This document shows positions 60,427 through 64,000 of a stretch of 64,000 bases of DNA, one piece after another. Location: positions 4,023 through 68,022 of the forward strand of contig CAYMIA010000004.1 in the NCBI GenBank assembly GCA_964390595.1, given 5' to 3'. The notes below the pieces were generated by a model. It was not told the origin of the DNA, did no database searches, and was given only the letters and a program-made list of their open reading frames with translations. Each line of letters starts with the position of its first letter. Within the stretch, counting starts at the first letter, position 1. The translations under genes and the position numbers were made by a program. This DNA is from an uncultured Gammaproteobacteria bacterium (GTDB lineage Bacteria > Patescibacteriota > Microgenomatia > Daviesbacterales > UBA10151).

Positions 60427-61545
60427 ATGAGGATAGGGATTGATGCTAGATTTTGGGATGAGGCGGGGGTGGGGAGGTATATTAGGAATCTGATAGCAGA
60501 ACTCAGCAAAATTGATAGTCAAAATGAGTATGTGATCTTTTTTTTAAAAAAAAATCTTGGTCAGAATTTGCCAAAAAATTTTCAGGAAGTTGAGACCAAT
60601 TTTAAATGGTATGGACTTGCTGAACAGCTTAAGTTTCCCAGAGTACTTAGGTCACATAAACTAGATTTAGTTCATTTTCCCCATTTTAATACACCTGTTT
60701 TTTATAAAGGCAGATTTGTAGTAACGATTCATGATCTAATCCATCAAAGGTTTGCTATGAAGAGGTCGACTACTCATGGAGGTTTGATATACGCCATAAA
60801 ACAGCTGGGCTACAGATTTGGATTTGCTAGTTCTCTGAAAAAATCCAAAAAAATTATTACGATCTCAGACTATGTCAAAAATGACTTAGTGAGATATTGG
60901 CAGGTTCCAGATGATAAAATCATCATTACTAAAGAGGCGGCTGAGGAGGGAATAATTCAGCTGGCTAAAAAAATGGATCAATCGCAAATCAAAAAAGTGC
61001 TAAATAAGTTTAATGTTCAGCCGCCATTTATTTACTACATTGGTAATGCTCATCCACACAAAAACGTTGAAGGTTTAATTAAAGCTTTTTTAATTTTGAG
61101 AAAAAGATACCAATATTTGCAGCTAGTTTTATCAGGGCATGATCATTATTTTTGGCAGCGGGTTAAGGATGAGTTCAGGGAAAAAAATATTATCTATACA
61201 GGCTATGTTTCTGATGAGGAAGCAGTGGCTTTTAGAAAATCGGCCCAAGTTTATGTTCAACCTTCTTTTGAAGAGGGATTTGGGATTCCGCTGCTTGAGG
61301 CATTTGCTTGTCAGGTTCCCGTCGTTTCCTCAAACGCTGGATCGCTTCCAGAAGTGGGGGCAGATGCGGCGCTTTACTTTGATCCCAAAGATACAAATGA
61401 CATGGTAGAAAAATTAGCAATGGTTTTAAACAGTCATAAATTGGCCAGAGAGTTAGTGGAAAAAGGGTTAAAGAGATACAGGCAATTTAGTTGGAAAAAA
61501 TTGGCTGAGGAGACTTTAAAAGTTTATCAGGAAAGTGTAGATTAG
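60427..61545 (+). CDS. GT4 glycosyltransferase, MtfB-like
   Basis: IGIDAR, GVGRY, VVTIHD, PHKN, EGFGIPLLEA, FSW. Confidence 0.92.
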   Translation: MRIGIDARFWDEAGVGRYIRNLIAELSKIDSQNEYVIFFLKKNLGQNLPKNFQEVETNFKWYGLAEQLKFPRVLRSHKLDLVHFPHFNTPVFYKGRFVVTIHDLIHQRFAMKRSTTHGGLIYAIKQLGYRFGFASSLKKSKKIITISDYVKNDLVRYWQVPDDKIIITKEAAEEGIIQLAKKMDQSQIKKVLNKFNVQPPFIYYIGNAHPHKNVEGLIKAFLILRKRYQYLQLVLSGHDHYFWQRVKDEFREKNIIYTGYVSDEEAVAFRKSAQVYVQPSFEEGFGIPLLEAFACQVPVVSSNAGSLPEVGADAALYFDPKDTNDMVEKLAMVLNSHKLARELVEKGLKRYRQFSWKKLAEETLKVYQESVD

Positions 61546-61550
61546 AGACC

Positions 61551-62615
61551 ATGAAAGTGGCTTTAGTTCATGATGACTTGATGCAATGGGGTGGAGCGGA
61601 AAGAACGTTGCTGGCTATCTCTGAGGTTTTTCCAGAAGCACCAATTTATACCTCGATTTATGACTCTAAGAACCGGTTAATTAAGAAAAAATTTGCTGAT
61701 AAAAAAATTATCACTTCTTTTGTTCAAAACTTACCAGCTTGGCGAAAGTTATACCGGGCTTACCTGCCGCTTTACCCGATCGCTTTTGAGCAATTTGATC
61801 TGTCAGACTATGATTTGGTGATCTCTCAAACAACCCGCTTTGCTAAATCGGTTATTACCAAACCAGAAACCAGACATGTTTGTTATTGTCATACTCCCCC
61901 TAGGTTTTTATGGAACTATTCCGGTGAAAAAACTGCCAGCTGGTTAAATCCAGTGCTTAGTTTGCTGCGGGTGGTTGACTTGGTTAGTAGTTTTAGAGTG
62001 GATCGCTGGTTTTCAGGATCTAGGAATGCAGCTAAGAGGATGAAAAAGGTCTACAGAGTAAATTCAGAAGTTTTATATCCATTTGTTGATCTGGACAGCT
62101 TTAAAGATGTCAAAACAGTTGAAGGAGACTACTACGTAGTTATTGCCAGATTGAATCCATATAAACGAATTGATTTAGCAGTTGAGGCGTTCAATCAGTC
62201 TGGGAAAAAATTAAAGATAATTGGGGTGGGACCAATGTTAAGCGTGTTAAAGCTAAAAGCTAAAAAAAATATTCAATTTCTCGGATCGCTTGAAGAGAAA
62301 GAATTAATTGCAGTTTTAGCTGGAAGCAGGGGGCTCTTGGTTTGTGGTGAAGAGGACTTTGGACTGACCCCCCTTGAGGCACAGGCTTTGGGAAAAGGGG
62401 TGATTGCTTATGGGAAAGGTGGAGTGAGGGAAACAGTGGTAGAGGATAAAACGGGAGTTTTTTTTGATTCTCAAGACAGTAAATCTTTAAACGGCGCGAT
62501 TGATAGGTTTGAGAAACTTCGGATTGATCCAAAAAAATGCCTGGAAAATGCGGCTTTGTTTTCTAAAGAAAAATTTCAGAACAGACTGCTTGAATTACTA
62601 GATCAAACACAGTAA
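61551..62615 (+). CDS. GT4 glycosyltransferase, WbaZ-like mannosyltransferase
   Basis: VALVHD, GGAER, CYCHTPPR, RLNPYKRIDL, EEDFGLTPLEAQA. Confidence 0.9.
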   Translation: MKVALVHDDLMQWGGAERTLLAISEVFPEAPIYTSIYDSKNRLIKKKFADKKIITSFVQNLPAWRKLYRAYLPLYPIAFEQFDLSDYDLVISQTTRFAKSVITKPETRHVCYCHTPPRFLWNYSGEKTASWLNPVLSLLRVVDLVSSFRVDRWFSGSRNAAKRMKKVYRVNSEVLYPFVDLDSFKDVKTVEGDYYVVIARLNPYKRIDLAVEAFNQSGKKLKIIGVGPMLSVLKLKAKKNIQFLGSLEEKELIAVLAGSRGLLVCGEEDFGLTPLEAQALGKGVIAYGKGGVRETVVEDKTGVFFDSQDSKSLNGAIDRFEKLRIDPKKCLENAALFSKEKFQNRLLELLDQTQ

Positions 62616-62625
62616 CCTATTTATT

Positions 62626-63261
62626 ATGCTTTATGATGGTTTGAAAAGATTGATTGATATAGCATGTAGTTTGATTGGAATAATTATTCTTTCTCCGGTG
62701 ATGATTGGGATCGCGATTGCGATAAAATTGAACTCGAAAGGGCCGGTGTTTGCTGATACTCCGAAGCGGGTTGGTAAAAACGGTAAGCTTTTTAATATGT
62801 TTAAGTTCCGCTCAATGGTGGTTGGTGCGTGGGATGTGTTGCAGCAAAATCCAGAATTGTTAAAAAAATACAAGCAAAATAGCTATAAGCTGGATATTCA
62901 TGAAGATCCGAGAATTACCAAGGTAGGAAGATTTATCCGCAAAACCTCAATTGATGAGCTACCTCAGCTGTTTAATATTTTTAGGGGAGAGATGAGTATT
63001 GTTGGGCCCCGGGCGTATTATCCTTTTGAACTGGAAGAGCAGCAAAAAAAGTTTATTAACTCCAAAGAGTTTGTTAGAATCATCTTATCCTCAAAGCCTG
63101 GGTTAACAGGAGTTTGGCAGGTTTCTGGGAGATCAGAGATTAACTTCGACAAAAGAGTGGAGATGGATGCTCAATATGTTCAAAGAAGATCGATAGTTTA
63201 TGATATTTGGATTATTTTAAAGACGGTACCAGCTGTTTTGCTTGGACGTGGGGCTGTCTGA
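62626..63261 (+). CDS. initiating polyprenol-phosphate phosphoglycosyl transferase (Bac_transf; short PglC/CpsE-type)
   Basis: KRLIDI, KFRSM, DPRITKVGRFIRKTSIDELPQLFN, MSIVGPR, KPGLTGVWQVSGR. Confidence 0.95.
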   Translation: MLYDGLKRLIDIACSLIGIIILSPVMIGIAIAIKLNSKGPVFADTPKRVGKNGKLFNMFKFRSMVVGAWDVLQQNPELLKKYKQNSYKLDIHEDPRITKVGRFIRKTSIDELPQLFNIFRGEMSIVGPRAYYPFELEEQQKKFINSKEFVRIILSSKPGLTGVWQVSGRSEINFDKRVEMDAQYVQRRSIVYDIWIILKTVPAVLLGRGAV

Positions 63262-63267
63262 TATACT
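63259..63267 (+). promoter_or_regulatory. putative extended -10 (TGaTATACT) 8 nt before ATG, overlapping the upstream stop codon
   Basis: TGA-TATACT-tacttaat-ATG(63276). Confidence 0.55.
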
Positions 63268-63275
63268 TACTTAAT

Positions 63276-64000
63276 ATGTCTTTTGTTAATTTAAACCGCC
63301 GCCTAGATAATTCAAGACCGATTAGCCGTCCGCCTAGGAAAAGGAGTTACAAAAAGTTGCTTATCCGATTAGGAGTAATTATTTTAATCTTGATTGTGGT
63401 TATTTATTTACCTCTTCGCGGAGTCTATTCCTCAGTTAAAAAGATCATGGCGGATGGCCGTAGTGCTTCAGATGGGTTTAAGAATGCCAACTTAGATGTG
63501 ATTAGGTCAAATATTAAAGATATGAAATCTCAGGCGGGAAGTTTGAATACCTCGCTTAATTTTCTAATTTGGGTTCAATTTGTGCCTTATTTTGGCGGAT
63601 TCTATGCGGATATGAGGCATTTTGCCAGAGCAGCGGAGTCGGAATTGACAGCTGGTGAAATTATTGCTGATTCGCTTGACCCTTTTAAAAATGAATTGGG
63701 GTTTACCGGTCAGCCGACTCCTGGAACTGATAAAGTGGCCCAAATTACTAAAGTTTTAGATAAAGTTATTCCGAACCTGGATAAAATTGAGCCGGAACTG
63801 CATCAGGCTTCCGCGGAGGTTGCATCGATTGATGTGAACAAATATCCAGAGAAGTGGGGAAACCGGAATATCCGTTCTTTAATTGACACTGCTAAGAACT
63901 TCATAATGGGAGCGTCCTATGCGGTAACTGATGCTAGGCCAGCTTTAGAGATCGCTCCAAGTGCGCTGGGACAGCCGAACGCCAAGACTTATTTGATCAT
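63276..64000 (+). CDS. DUF4012-like membrane-anchored protein, N-terminal part (runs off the right edge; not in ORF track)
   Basis: Open frame from ATG 63276: basic N-tail, TM (LGVIILILIVVIYLPL), long helical region ending ..APSALGQPNAKTYLI, resembling the LG..kTYLv lead-in of DUF4012. Confidence 0.65.
   Translation, partial: MSFVNLNRRLDNSRPISRPPRKRSYKKLLIRLGVIILILIVVIYLPLRGVYSSVKKIMADGRSASDGFKNANLDVIRSNIKDMKSQAGSLNTSLNFLIWVQFVPYFGGFYADMRHFARAAESELTAGEIIADSLDPFKNELGFTGQPTPGTDKVAQITKVLDKVIPNLDKIEPELHQASAEVASIDVNKYPEKWGNRNIRSLIDTAKNFIMGASYAVTDARPALEIAPSALGQPNAKTYLI

Noticed and set aside
60538-60554. Homopolymer runs (T8-A9 here, several A8 runs, G7 at 38340 and 59284) as phase-variation tracts
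   Set aside because: The runs are short for AT-rich DNA, all frames are intact and no frameshifted GT was found.

Overview
The whole 64-kb window is one dense, AT-rich cell-surface glycosylation region of about 56 CDS, open at both edges. TGA acts as stop, so it is not genetic code 25. By motif reading it encodes about 13 GT2 and 10 GT4 soluble glycosyltransferases and about 13 multi-TM GT-C-type, polyprenol-phosphate-dependent transferases (PMT/ArnT-like, GT87-like, YfhO/AftD-like). It also has two DPM/DPG-synthase-like GT2s, two Wzx-type flippases, an O-antigen-ligase/Wzy-type protein, a short initiating phosphoglycosyl transferase, GDP-fucose synthase (fcl), two extended SDRs, a divergent UDP-GlcNAc 2-epimerase-like protein, 5 SAM-methyltransferase domains, 3 hexapeptide acyltransferases, a GNAT, a TPR-like orphan and a DUF4012-like protein. 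Gene families, overlapping stop/start coupling and -10 boxes 6-10 nt before start codons suggest a Patescibacteria/CPR genome, probably Microgenomates (inference). The most notable items are the size of the GT-C arsenal (organised like a dolichol-type pathway), a GT2::GT-C fusion, an unannotated 56-aa 2-TM microprotein coupled at both ends, a repeated intergenic 17-mer within mini-hairpin clusters, and pervasive apparent leaderless promoters. No RNA genes, CRISPR arrays or transposases were seen. All family calls come from motif recognition by eye, not database searches.
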